Source: an uncultured Acidobacteriota bacterium (GTDB taxonomy: Bacteria > Acidobacteriota > Terriglobia > Terriglobales > Acidobacteriaceae). Taken from it: DNA of 64,000 bases. The stretch's first letter is position 1; each line of letters starts with the position of its first letter. This document shows positions 44,039 through 53,820 of the stretch, one piece after another. The notes under the pieces were generated by a model. It searched no databases, was not told where the DNA came from, and worked only from the letters and a program-made list of their open reading frames with translations. The stretch is from the NCBI GenBank assembly GCA_963730015.1, contig CAVSPZ010000002.1, positions 138,142-202,141 of the forward strand, in the 5' to 3' direction. A program made the position numbers and the translations under genes.

Positions 44039-44979
44039 ATGGCAAGTGACGATGCCAGAATTCTCGTGATCGGCGCCGGGGTGAACGGCTCGGTCTGCGC
44101 CGCCCGCCTGTTCCAGCGCGGTGTCGATGTCACTGTGCTGGCGCGTGGCCAGCGGCTCGCCGAGATTGAGAGCAACGGGATCGTCATCGAGAACCCGTTG
44201 AGCCGGAAACGCACGGTCACCAAAGTCGGGGTTATCGGCGAACTCGCGCCGGCCGACACCTACGACTACATCCTGGTCGTCGTGCGCCGCAACGAGGTGG
44301 CCGAATTGTTGCCCACGCTGGCCGCCAACAGTTCGCTCAACATCGTTTTCATGAACAACAATCTCAATGGTCCCGCGGAGATCATTGCGGCTTTGGGAAC
44401 GCAACGGCCGATGCTTGGCTTCGTCTTTGCCGGGGGCAAACGCGATGGCGAGATCATTCGGGCGATCGGCCCATTCGACCGCTGATGACGACCCCTTTCG
44501 GCGAGATCAACGGAACGGTCACTCCACGGCTGAAGAGGCTGGTGAACCTGCTCAATCGGGCCGGTCTCAGGGCCAAGGTCTCAACTCACATCGTCGATTA
44601 CCTCGCCACGCACGCCGCCGCTGTGGCAGCGATGACAGCGCTGGCTGTGAAGTACCGGAACGACTTCAAGGCGGCGGTCCATTCGCCCGACGACCTGAAG
44701 CTAGCCGCCGCGGCCATGCGCGAAACCATTCCAGTGCTGAAGGCGTTGGGGCACAAGATCGTGCCGGCCGGTCAGCAGATCCTCGCCTTCACGCCGGTGT
44801 TCGTGCTGGCCTTCCTGCTTCGTCTGCTGTGCAACTCCAAATTCGGCGAAGTCGGCGCTGCTTGGCACGCTCAGCAGGCGGCGGACGAACTGCTTGCGCT
44901 TGCCGACGATCTCCGCTCGGCGGTTATAAGGTCTGGCGTTCCGGCCCCGGCCATCAGAAAAGTGTTAGACATGAAGTAG
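44039..44979 (+). pseudogene. ApbA/PanE-family reductase gene split in two frames
   Basis: MASDDARILVIGAGVNGS... ends at 44485 (TGATG). The C-terminal-domain ORF 44485..44979 continues colinearly with the paralog 41477..42445. Either a frameshift or a genuine split. Confidence 0.55.
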
Positions 44980-45113
44980 CACCCGCTTGTGGCCTTGGCG
45001 AACCCGCTGAAATCAAAACGTTTTATGACGACATCACAACCACGGGTTATGATCTCCTCGATGAGCTATCTCGGCGAGAGAGGTGAGCGTCCACGCGCCC
45101 GTGAAGGGATAGA

Positions 45114-46016
45114 TTGATGGCCAAGATCGTTGACTCTTACCGCTTCCTGGATAGCATCCCGAAACGGATGATGAAGCACTGGGCTACCCTCGGCACGCTA
45201 CGGCAAATCCCTTGGAGTCCTCTGGCCAAGCCGCTGTCACAATGCACGGTCTCGATTGTGAGTTCCGCAGGAGTTGCCCTGAAGACCGATCGGCCATTTG
45301 ATCAACAGATCGAGCGCCGGGATCCCTGGTCCGCCGATCCATCGTATCGAGTTCTTCCTCGAACAACGGCAAATGGCGACGTTCGCGTACACCACTTGCA
45401 TATCAATACATCCTTCGCAGAGCAGGATCTCAACTGCGTGCTGCCTCTCGATCGATTAAACGAGCTCGAAGCCGTGGGCGAGATTGCGCACTCGGCTCCT
45501 TCTCATTATTCATATATGGGCTATACGCTTCGGCCCGATACGCTGCTGCGTCACGCAGTTCTTGGCATCATCGCCCAGCTTCTCCGGGAACAGGTGGATG
45601 CAGTATTGCTGGTTCCGGTTCGACCGGTCTGCTGCTGGTCCGTGGGACTGGTTCAGCGTGAAATCGAAGCCGCCGGCTTCAGTACCATCTCGCTTTCCAT
45701 GATGCCGGAACTGACCAGAACTGTAGGTGTCCCGCGCATTGCGGCGATCGAGCACCCTTTTGGGCTGCCTCTGGGCCTGCCCCAAGACGTGGTACATCAA
45801 CTTGCGGTATTGAGGGCAACCTTGCGGGCGCTCGAGGAGATTTCTGAACCCGGTTCCGTCGTGCATCTCCCGTTTGAATGGAACTCCAAGGAGGAGCTCA
45901 ACCTACATCCGCCGGAAGCTCCGCCGATCGCACGGTTTCTCAGGCGGCATCCGTGGTATGTGACGAAGTTCTTGAACCGGACACCCCCGGATGTTTCAGG
46001 ACAGGCCGTTTCGTGA
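45114..46016 (+). CDS. GrdB/PrdB-like reductase family protein (Cys form)
   Basis: SIVSSAGV, HYSYMGY and LLVPVRPVCCWSVGLVQREIE resemble the glycine/betaine/proline reductase B-subunit family. Confidence 0.5.
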   Translation: MMAKIVDSYRFLDSIPKRMMKHWATLGTLRQIPWSPLAKPLSQCTVSIVSSAGVALKTDRPFDQQIERRDPWSADPSYRVLPRTTANGDVRVHHLHINTSFAEQDLNCVLPLDRLNELEAVGEIAHSAPSHYSYMGYTLRPDTLLRHAVLGIIAQLLREQVDAVLLVPVRPVCCWSVGLVQREIEAAGFSTISLSMMPELTRTVGVPRIAAIEHPFGLPLGLPQDVVHQLAVLRATLRALEEISEPGSVVHLPFEWNSKEELNLHPPEAPPIARFLRRHPWYVTKFLNRTPPDVSGQAVS

Positions 46017-46033
46017 ACCCAATCGCGCCTTCG

Positions 46034-46309
46034 TCAATACTCTTGCGGCAACAGAAGAGTGGTCGCCGAGCGGTCCGCCTCGGTGATCACCCATAGCTTC
46101 TCCCCACTGGCGGTCGCGTAGCTGCTCAACAGCCGAAATCCGTGTGCCACACTGTATTCGTTCTCGGCGACGTCGGCCGAATCAAGTTCGCCCCAGTCTC
46201 CTGTTGCATGGCGTACCAGGAAAACCGCTGGGGACTGCTTCGCTCGCTCCAGCGCTGAGACTGCAGCGGGAGTCGCCACGATTTGCCCAAGTGGGAACAA
46301 TGCAAACAT
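46034..46309 (-). CDS. small ICE/plasmid-associated protein of unknown function
   Basis: MFALFPLGQIVATP...RHATGDWGELD...WVITEADRSATTLLLPQEY is a motif set I know from integrative-element accessory regions. Confidence 0.5.
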   Translation of the reverse strand: MFALFPLGQIVATPAAVSALERAKQSPAVFLVRHATGDWGELDSADVAENEYSVAHGFRLLSSYATASGEKLWVITEADRSATTLLLPQEY

Positions 46310-46400
46310 GGAAGTGACTCCTTTCGTTCGCTTCTCCAAAACCAGTTCAGTTTTGTTAGTGGAATGGAGCGGCGGTCCGGCGCCGGTACCGCCGAGTTAG

Positions 46401-46826
46401 TTAGAACGATTGGGAGAAGCGGGCTTCCAGAAATTCTCCCAGCTTGGCTGTCGCCTTAAACTGCGGGATGGGATCCAGTTCCTTGAATGCCGAAGTGAAC
46501 GCATTCGAAAGACTCCAGATCGTGCGCGGCCGGAAGTCCTCGTACGTGGGCTCGAAGTACAGATCGTGTACCGTGCGCGCCAAATGCTTCGGAGCTTCCA
46601 GTTGGCCCTCCACAAATGCCTCGTAGATGACCACTTTAGCGGTGACGTCTGTCAACTCACTCCTCTGCCAAGCTTCCACCTGCTTTCGCATGGGCTCGAA
46701 GTTTCGCTGCATCCGATCAACGCCCACCGAAATGCAGTCGATCAGCGAGAACGACTTCGAATGTTTGGCGAGCACCGGCGTAAACACGCCTGGGACAATG
46801 TTTCCAGATTCCGGTCCCGTGAACAT
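46401..46826 (-). pseudogene. C-terminal fragment of a DUF932 (phage/plasmid-like) gene
   Basis: Only about 140 aa, ending ..KATAKLGEFLEARFSQSF. Full-length family members are about twice as long. The upstream part has been replaced by the IS110 copy. Confidence 0.6.
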
Positions 46827-46912
46827 TAGATCTCCCAGAATGTATGGTCCGCCGCCCGACTACAAGGAGAGATTCTTGGACGAAGTATAGTCTGCGCAAA
46901 TGTATCCGGCCT

Positions 46913-47893
46913 CTAGTTGGAGAATGTTCTCCGGGCCATGATGATGATCCGTGCGTGCTGGACCTGACAAGCCGAACGATCACGATCGACCTCTGCTGAT
47001 GAACCCACTGGCCGAAAGCCTCCGGTGTCGTACTTCACCCGGAGCAGCACGGCGCGTGCGCCGTGAACGAACATGCGTCGCAGATAGAGGTTGCCGCGCT
47101 TACTGATGCCGTATAGCTTCGCCTTGTCTCCGGTAGGGTGCTGACGGGGCACGAGCCCGAGCAAGGCAGCGAAGTCACGTCCCTTACGGAAGGCGGCCCC
47201 GTTGCCGATGGCCGCAACCGTGGCGGTTGAAACCAGAGGGCCAACTCCAGGTATCTGCCGTAAGCGCTTGCAGCCTGCGTCTTCATTGGAAATGCGCTCT
47301 ATCTCGTCGCTGGGATCGGCGATGTCGATCTCGAGTTGCTTCCACTCCTGCCAGACCCGAGCCAACAGGGTCCGCATACGTGGCGAGATGTTCTGCTCGG
47401 CGTCTTCGAGAATCGCCGGCATTCGGTTGCACAGGTTCGCCGATCCTTTCGCGAAGGTAACGCCGCGCTCCAGCAGGAACCGGCGGATCTGGTTGATGAT
47501 CGCGGTGCGGCGATGCACCAGCCGGTCGCGTGCAGGATGGAGCGCCTGAAGATCGAGCTGGTCCTCGGTCTTGATGGGGACAAAGCGCATGTTCTGTCGC
47601 GCCACTGCCTCGCCGATGGCTTCCGCATCCAGGAAGTCGTTCTTGTTCGACTTTACATAAGGCTTCACGAACTGGGCCGGGATGAGCCGCACGTCGTGTC
47701 CTTGGCTGCGCCGATGAAGCGTGCTCCCGAGCAGGCTTCGATGCCAATCAGCGAGCTTTTGCCGGTTGGCCGTGTAGGCCGGCAGTTGCTTGCTCGAAAA
47801 CTTCTTCCTCACGACTACCTTGTCCTTGCTCTCCCAGTGCAACCAGGTAAATGTTGTCTTGCCGAGATCGACGCCGATAGAAGCGATGTGCAT
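46913..47893 (-). pseudogene. IS110 family transposase, probably inactivated by two frameshifts
   Basis: MHIASIGVDLGKTTF.. and ..GHDVRLIPAQFVKPYVKSNKND.. are in frame. The conserved SLIGIEACSGARFIGAA segment (catalytic Glu) is encoded only in another frame at about 47703-47755. Confidence 0.7.
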
Positions 47894-48232
47894 GTGGTGA
47901 TCCTCCTGTATATGCTACCAGCCTGATCATCCCAAACTCAGGACGATCAGGTCAGCGGACCATCTCATCAGCCGACTTATCGCTACTACTCCGTGGAGTC
48001 TCGTTTCGATCACTCCCGTTTGGCTGACCCTCCAAACAGAATGATCCGCAGTGTCCTTACTGGCTTACCATTGCAGAGCCGCGATTCTACGCGCTTTGAT
48101 ATCCCGGATTGGTGGTTGGCCGAAGAAGCGTTAGTATTCGCGGCTGAGGTGGCTTGCGCTTTCATATCCAAGTTAGAATGCGGCGCTCGCGGCTTGGCGA
48201 GAGTGGTGTCCCCAGATCGTGTTGCTGAATGC

Positions 48233-48309
48233 TGGGGCGGGGAGGCGGGATCGAACCGCCACCTCCGGGTGGGAGCCCTCGGCGCACTACCTAGTTGCGC
48301 TATCCCCGC
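48233..48309 (-). tRNA. tRNA, probably Gly(CCC), irregular anticodon stem
   Basis: Acceptor GCGGGGA/TCCCCGC, C73, CCA. D-arm GCGC..GCGC. T-arm GGCGG-TTCGATC-CCGCC. The anticodon region CCGAGGGCTCCCACCCGG cannot be folded into a clean 5-bp stem with a 7-nt loop. Confidence 0.7.
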
Positions 48310-48345
48310 ATCCTAAGTCCATTTCTCGAAGGTTGCGAAGAATTC

Positions 48346-48549
48346 TTACTCGTGAAGGCGGTGGGAGAAACGGACGGCGTCGAGGCATTTACTGCACGGG
48401 CACCGGAAAGTTCTGTCTTTAGGAAATGCGACGTGTCCGCAATTTTCACATCTCAGTCTTCCGTTACCGAGTGCCCTCATCAGTCTGAATTCCGAGTCGC
48501 GAGTGCAATATGGGCATCGAGGCTCTTCGTTCTCTGCAGTTAAGCCCAT
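48346..48549 (-). CDS. small zinc-ribbon protein
   Basis: CPYC...CENC...CPCSKC cysteine pairs. Confidence 0.35.
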   Translation of the reverse strand: MGLTAENEEPRCPYCTRDSEFRLMRALGNGRLRCENCGHVAFPKDRTFRCPCSKCLDAVRFSHRLHE

Positions 48550-49129
48550 TGTCTTGGTGCCTTTTTGTGGCGAGATTCGCTCTCCTTCCCCTTTCTTGGA
48601 AAACAGAACGCCTGTCGAACGCTTAGGCTGCCAGGTCTCGCGCGCTTTCTTTTCATGCTCTACTTCGCCGCATCTAGCTGTTGAACGTGATAGACCACGC
48701 GAATTTGAGCCACCGAATACGCTCGGTCAGGCGCCCGACTTCATCATGACCCTACAGGCGCAACTCCCAGAGTACCCGCTCCCCGTTTCTCGTAATTTCC
48801 CGGCATTGTGCCGAGAAACCGCACGTACGAACCCCACTCAACCAGGATTCAACGTCCTGGACACCGTATCCGCGTGGAAACTCCCCACACCCAAGCGATA
48901 CCAGGGACTCCAAGTTATTCCTGAGCCGCTGAGCTTCGACCCGGAATCAGCAGTTATGATTGCAGGCGCTACTGCTTGCGAGGCTTCCGCAGACGCGATC
49001 ACCAGTCTTCCGTGAGACCGCCGGGCAAGCTCTTCCGCTGCGGCTGGAATCCACTGACTTGCAGGCGATCCTGCGCAGGGCTACCCATTTCTTGGCGCAC
49101 GGCACAGCAAAATATTAATCGCATTAGAT

Positions 49130-49879
49130 TCATTGCACTTTCTGAAAAAGTCGGGCAACGGGTTCCGGAATGCCTTGTTCAATCTTCTGGGACAGCCAAC
49201 TCTGTAATAGCCGCCTCTGCTCCGATGAGACGGATCGAAAATGCAGCCCGGCACGGCCTTTGTTGTCACACCAGCAAGTCTCAGCGTCAAGCGAAAAATT
49301 GGTTGCTTCGCCCGGAAGCGTAAATTCTGTTTTCACTCGAGCACCAGGTTGGAAGCGGACCACAGTAGTGACCGCCAGGCCACCTTCACTGATATTCATC
49401 ATTTCACAAGGTATTTCTGCCATACTCTCCAACCGGATCCGGACAGGAACCGTCAGCGGACAGCGAAAATATCGCCGGTAGTCTCGGATAATCAGTCCCA
49501 GAGCAGCCTTTAAAACGCTTCCGATCAGACTCTCCGTCAATGGCTTCGCGATGATGAAGTTGGGCTGAAATCTCGCGTCTGCTGCCGCCTCAGAATCGAC
49601 AACCGCGAACGTGACGGAGCTCTGATTGGAGGGGGAGAACCGGACGTGCTCGAGTACGTGCATACTTTGTTCACCGAGTCCGAGATCGACGACGATGGCC
49701 TCAAATTTTCGTGTGTTGATGAGGCTGGCTGCCGTGGGCAGATCGGGGCAAACCTCTACCGCAATTGCGAACCGTTGCATGCCACTCTCAAGCTGTCCGA
49801 TGACGATCGAATCATTCGATACGAGCAATGCACGTCCTACGATCGCGGGAACTGGAGAAGAACTCGCATGGCTGCTCAT
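49130..49879 (-). CDS. receiver-like domain plus PilZ domain protein
   Basis: N-terminal CheY-like layout (ALLVSND..AIVVDLGLG). C-terminal PilZ motifs RDYRRYFR (RxxxR) and NISEGGLAV (D/NxSxxG). Confidence 0.7.
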   Translation of the reverse strand: MSSHASSSPVPAIVGRALLVSNDSIVIGQLESGMQRFAIAVEVCPDLPTAASLINTRKFEAIVVDLGLGEQSMHVLEHVRFSPSNQSSVTFAVVDSEAAADARFQPNFIIAKPLTESLIGSVLKAALGLIIRDYRRYFRCPLTVPVRIRLESMAEIPCEMMNISEGGLAVTTVVRFQPGARVKTEFTLPGEATNFSLDAETCWCDNKGRAGLHFRSVSSEQRRLLQSWLSQKIEQGIPEPVARLFQKVQ

Positions 49880-50101
49880 GTTTGTTTGACAAAACCTTAC
49901 CTATCCGGTAACGTGGCGGGGCCGTATCAATAGGTCCCGCTCGCTTGAATCATTACTTAATAGGAGTTCGGCAGTCTTGAAAGATTTTTTGCACGTTGTC
50001 GGAGAACCGACGATATAAGAACTCGAAAAGCGTGAGGTAGGCCCACTGCTAGGCGCAGGATAGGACTGGCAAAGACCGCAAAGAATTCAAGATTCTAATC
50101 A

Positions 50102-50650
50102 GTGATGCCAAACCCAGCGCGTGACATTTCAGTGCGGGATTTAAACCACAGGGCTCACCCCGATTCTGTTCCCTTCGATCGCCGGCCCGAAACACGTGAA
50201 CGATCGGACATTATCAGCGATTATGCGAAAGAGGTGGGTTTGGGTTCTCTCCCCAACGATCTGACCCGGTCGCTGTACTTGGCTTCCCTGCGGGACTGCA
50301 ATAGCGGCTGTTACCTTCATCCTCAGCTCTCTCAGAGGATTGGAATGGAGGCGGCGGATGAAGCGTTGCGCGCCTGCCACGATCAAGTTTTTCGGCGCTT
50401 GCTGATAACTTCCACGTCAGGATATATACAGCAACTCGATGAGTACATCCGGTACACCAGAACAGACAGGACAGCCGTCCTGGAGACGTGGCGGTCGTTG
50501 CAGGCTTACCGCGCAACAGTGCCGTTGCGCGCTCTTCCCATCTACTGCGAACTCTTCTGCCTGAACATTGAACTTGCACTGACAATTCTAGGACCACAAG
50601 CACCTACAAACACGATGGGCTCTCAGGACGCAATTTCGCGTTGCGTTTGA
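50102..50650 (+). CDS. hypothetical protein
   Basis: 182-aa ORF. No motif recognised. Confidence 0.3.
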   Translation: MMPNPARDISVRDLNHRAHPDSVPFDRRPETRERSDIISDYAKEVGLGSLPNDLTRSLYLASLRDCNSGCYLHPQLSQRIGMEAADEALRACHDQVFRRLLITSTSGYIQQLDEYIRYTRTDRTAVLETWRSLQAYRATVPLRALPIYCELFCLNIELALTILGPQAPTNTMGSQDAISRCV

Positions 50651-51402
50651 ATGGACTCGAACGGAAGCCAGGCATTTGTCACTCTGCCGACAACAGTCGC
50701 TTCGCTCGGCGTTTTGAAACGGCGAATCAACTGGCGCGAGATTGGGTGAGGGATCAGCGTCAGTTCTCTCCCATCCACTTGGCACCAACCGCAGGTATGC
50801 CCCTCGCTATGCCAAACAAGATAGATAGGACGCTCCCGGAGAGTTCGCCACGCGAAGACCTGCACTGCCTTTTGAGCAGTGTCGACCTCTACCAGCGATC
50901 GCGGAGGAAGCAGATCCGCCATGCTGTCGTCTTTTGAACCGATTAAGGCGTAGCGGTAGCGGACTGGATCAATGCGAGCCTGGAGAGCCGATGGCAGCAT
51001 CGAGAGGTCCTGCGACTGGAGTTTCAACAAGATCGTTTCGGGGCTGCTTACTTTGGCGTCGAAGTTAAGTTGAAACCGGAAGGCTGGCTCACGAACGAGC
51101 GGAGCCGGCGACGTAGCCAAGTCTGGTGCTGGTTCCGCTTCGTAGGCTGTTGTAGCTTCCTCCAGATCGACGCCGAACGGCATGAGCAAATCATTCAATG
51201 GGAGCTTGAAACAAAGAGCCAGGCTGAAGAGTTTGTGGATGCTCGGGATCGAGCCTGCTTCAATATCCGCCAGGGTTGAATGTGACACATAAAAATCGGT
51301 GTTTCCTTTGAGCTCTGCAATGTTCCTAGTTATACGTTCGACGTCGCTTGGCTTAATCAGTCGCTCTTCCCGCAATGCCCGAATCCACTTGCCTGGTTCC
51401 AT
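50623..51402 (-). CDS. XRE-family HTH regulator with C-terminal S24-like domain
   Basis: N-terminal WIRALREERLIKPSDVERITRNIA..STLADIEAG HTH. The C-terminal part is similar in layout to the middle of 53821..55029. Confidence 0.6.
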   Translation of the reverse strand: MEPGKWIRALREERLIKPSDVERITRNIAELKGNTDFYVSHSTLADIEAGSIPSIHKLFSLALCFKLPLNDLLMPFGVDLEEATTAYEAEPAPDLATSPAPLVREPAFRFQLNFDAKVSSPETILLKLQSQDLSMLPSALQARIDPVRYRYALIGSKDDSMADLLPPRSLVEVDTAQKAVQVFAWRTLRERPIYLVWHSEGHTCGWCQVDGRELTLIPHPISRQLIRRFKTPSEATVVGRVTNAWLPFESIQTQREIAS

Positions 51403-51609
51403 TCTTTTCTAACCTGACGCTCCCAGCCTTGTTTCATTTGGGACTCCTCATTCCGCTGATAAATGCCCCATATTCGGCCATCGGGCAAAGCAGTCCCCAC
51501 AACGTTCGTCCCGAATTATCAGACCTACATTTCTCTCATCTCCATACATGAGAACATATGTTACCAAATCCGAACACAAGCTCGTACAAGTAAGATTACT
51601 CCAGGATGA

Positions 51610-52128
51610 TCAATGGAGGGTCTGCCAGGCGTGCTGCTGGACACGGGTCAGAGAATCCAACAAATGCTGGTATCGTACGTCCCAGGCAGCCAACAACAGT
51701 CCCAACGAGGGGAAGAGCCACTGCATGTAGAGGCAGGGCCTCGCCAGGAAGAGATTCAGCCGAAACCGGATCGCGTTGGTGATCAATTCATCGGCCTTCT
51801 CGGTGAGCGCTGGGTCGCGCTTCAGTCGCGCGAACTGTCCTAGTCTGATCAGCATGCCGGCATTCTCCTCGACCAATCGCAGCATGCCCAATGTTAACCG
51901 AATTCGTTTTCTCTGGAAAATCCGAAATTGATTCTTTGACAGAGAACTGCGGAGATAGCGTGCCTCGTTATAGTCGAGCAGCGCGCGAAAAATCTGAACG
52001 TCGACGACGTGCTTTTGCTGCTCCCAATCCTGCTCGTTGCGTATTTCTAGATGCCCGCCGCGGAGAAGTGACCACGCGAGGGCCAGAGCCGATGCAGCTA
52101 CTGTGAGGATTAAAACTGTCGATACCAT
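51610..52128 (-). CDS. hypothetical membrane-anchored protein
   Basis: An N-terminal TM helix then a helical domain. Overlaps the upstream gene end by 19 nt. Confidence 0.4.
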   Translation of the reverse strand: MVSTVLILTVAASALALAWSLLRGGHLEIRNEQDWEQQKHVVDVQIFRALLDYNEARYLRSSLSKNQFRIFQRKRIRLTLGMLRLVEENAGMLIRLGQFARLKRDPALTEKADELITNAIRFRLNLFLARPCLYMQWLFPSLGLLLAAWDVRYQHLLDSLTRVQQHAWQTLH

Positions 52129-52910
52129 TGCTCAACGTAGTCGGTTACCGCCTCATTCCATTCCGGCAAATCCGTTTTCGGCAACGACTCGATGGGCGCG
52201 TTCCGCCGGGCTCGCCAAAAATAGAAGACCCAGATCAGGGCTGCGGTATTATATGCCGCCGAATTAATTACCGCCAATGCTGCGTGGCTTAGCAAATGCA
52301 GGTGGGCTCGAAATTCGAAGGCTGCAAGCGCTACCGACGAGTAAATCCCGAAGCCCACGACAATTCCTACCGAATAGTGGTGCCACGTCAGGCCGAGGCG
52401 CGCCATCAGCGCGACCACTACTATCAACAGGGAAGCTTGCAGAAAACGCGCCGAGCGTTCCCCTAACATTATGAACTCAGAGACTCGATCTGCACTCGCA
52501 CCACCTCGGGTAAGGAAAAACATAAGCAGCGCTGTGGCTGCAAGAATGAAGCCCAAAATCCAGATTGAGTTCAAAACGAAGCTCAGCGATGGAAGGGGCA
52601 CAAAGACGCGCCTCAACACTTCGACGATCACGCCCAGCCCGAGCAAGACCGCAAGTATTTCCCCGCACCAGTAAACGAGTCTGTAAGGGCTACCTGGGTA
52701 CGTAAGAAATAACAGGATGAATTCGCGTGAGGACACCACGGCGGTATAGCTGAAAAAGACCGGGAAGACATGCACCAGCCTGCGCCTAACCATCACCGCG
52801 ACGATGGCAGCCTGGCATATAAGCGGACAGATCCACAAAATCTTGGTTATAACGTATGAGAAGCTCATGGGCCGCACTGGTAGATTACGCGCAAACCAGC
52901 CGGCCCACAA
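52110..52910 (-). CDS. polytopic membrane protein
   Basis: About seven hydrophobic helices. The true start may be the internal MSFSYV. Confidence 0.5.
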   Translation of the reverse strand: MWAGWFARNLPVRPMSFSYVITKILWICPLICQAAIVAVMVRRRLVHVFPVFFSYTAVVSSREFILLFLTYPGSPYRLVYWCGEILAVLLGLGVIVEVLRRVFVPLPSLSFVLNSIWILGFILAATALLMFFLTRGGASADRVSEFIMLGERSARFLQASLLIVVVALMARLGLTWHHYSVGIVVGFGIYSSVALAAFEFRAHLHLLSHAALAVINSAAYNTAALIWVFYFWRARRNAPIESLPKTDLPEWNEAVTDYVEQWYRQF

Positions 52911-53820
52911 CCGTTTATCGACCTGTTTTCAGATCGCTTGCTCTTTAGCGCGCCATTCTAAGGGTGCAGGGTGCAAAACGAACACTGCGTTGTTTTCGGC
53001 GGTATGGGCGATCCTCCGTCGGCTAGTGAGACAGTGGACGTTGCCAACATCAAAATCGATGTCGCAAGGATCAAACGCACAATCGTTTTCATGGGTCTCT
53101 CCTTAATGGCTATTGGTACCAGACTGGTACTGGTAGAGACCTTAAGTGCATTCCTCGGGAAATTGGTCACATGTTCGAAAATTGCGCGATTCGCGAAAGC
53201 CATGGCTCGTGATAACGTTTGACGTCGGCCGCTCAAGGAGAACCCAAACTCCTGTTCGGCGACAGATGTCGGTCTACCGACGGTAAGAAAAGGAAGGGGA
53301 CGGGCGGTTGTTCCTCCGTCTAGCTTTAGAAAATGAATTAGAAAATCGGTTAGTGTTCTGCGTGTGAAGACTAAACGACTGGACCGAGTTGCTCGTCGGC
53401 AAACCGACAACTAGCGCTCATTCGTTTCAATTCCGCTTGCGAGCGATATGCTACTTCTAATTTTCCTAAGCGTCTGGGTGGGTACCGAGATTCCAGAAAG
53501 ACCAAACCAGGTCCGCCCGAGTGAATCCCCATTTGAACGCGTCGAGAACTGGAAGGGACAATTCTGGATGAATCCAATCGATGTGCCAAGATTCATCAGC
53601 AGTGGTCAGACAGCAGGACGACGCAAACCGTACGTTACACCTGCGTGCAGACGGCTAACTCTGGAGGAAGCGAAAGAGGTACTCTTACGTCACGCTGACA
53701 GCAGCGATCCCGAAGTACGGCGCATGCTCGAATGCAGCGAAGAACTGCAAAAAAAGAAAAGCTCCTGAACCAAGCGGTAGGTCGCGCCCCAAACGGCAGC
53801 GCCGTTCTGGACCAGCGCTG

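Noticed and set aside
44367-45086. 239-aa Arg-rich plus-strand ORF.
   Set aside because: It is an out-of-frame reading across the split ApbA-family gene. Only its last ~15 codons (EPAEIKTFYDD..) resemble anything, namely a relic of the reductase C-terminus.
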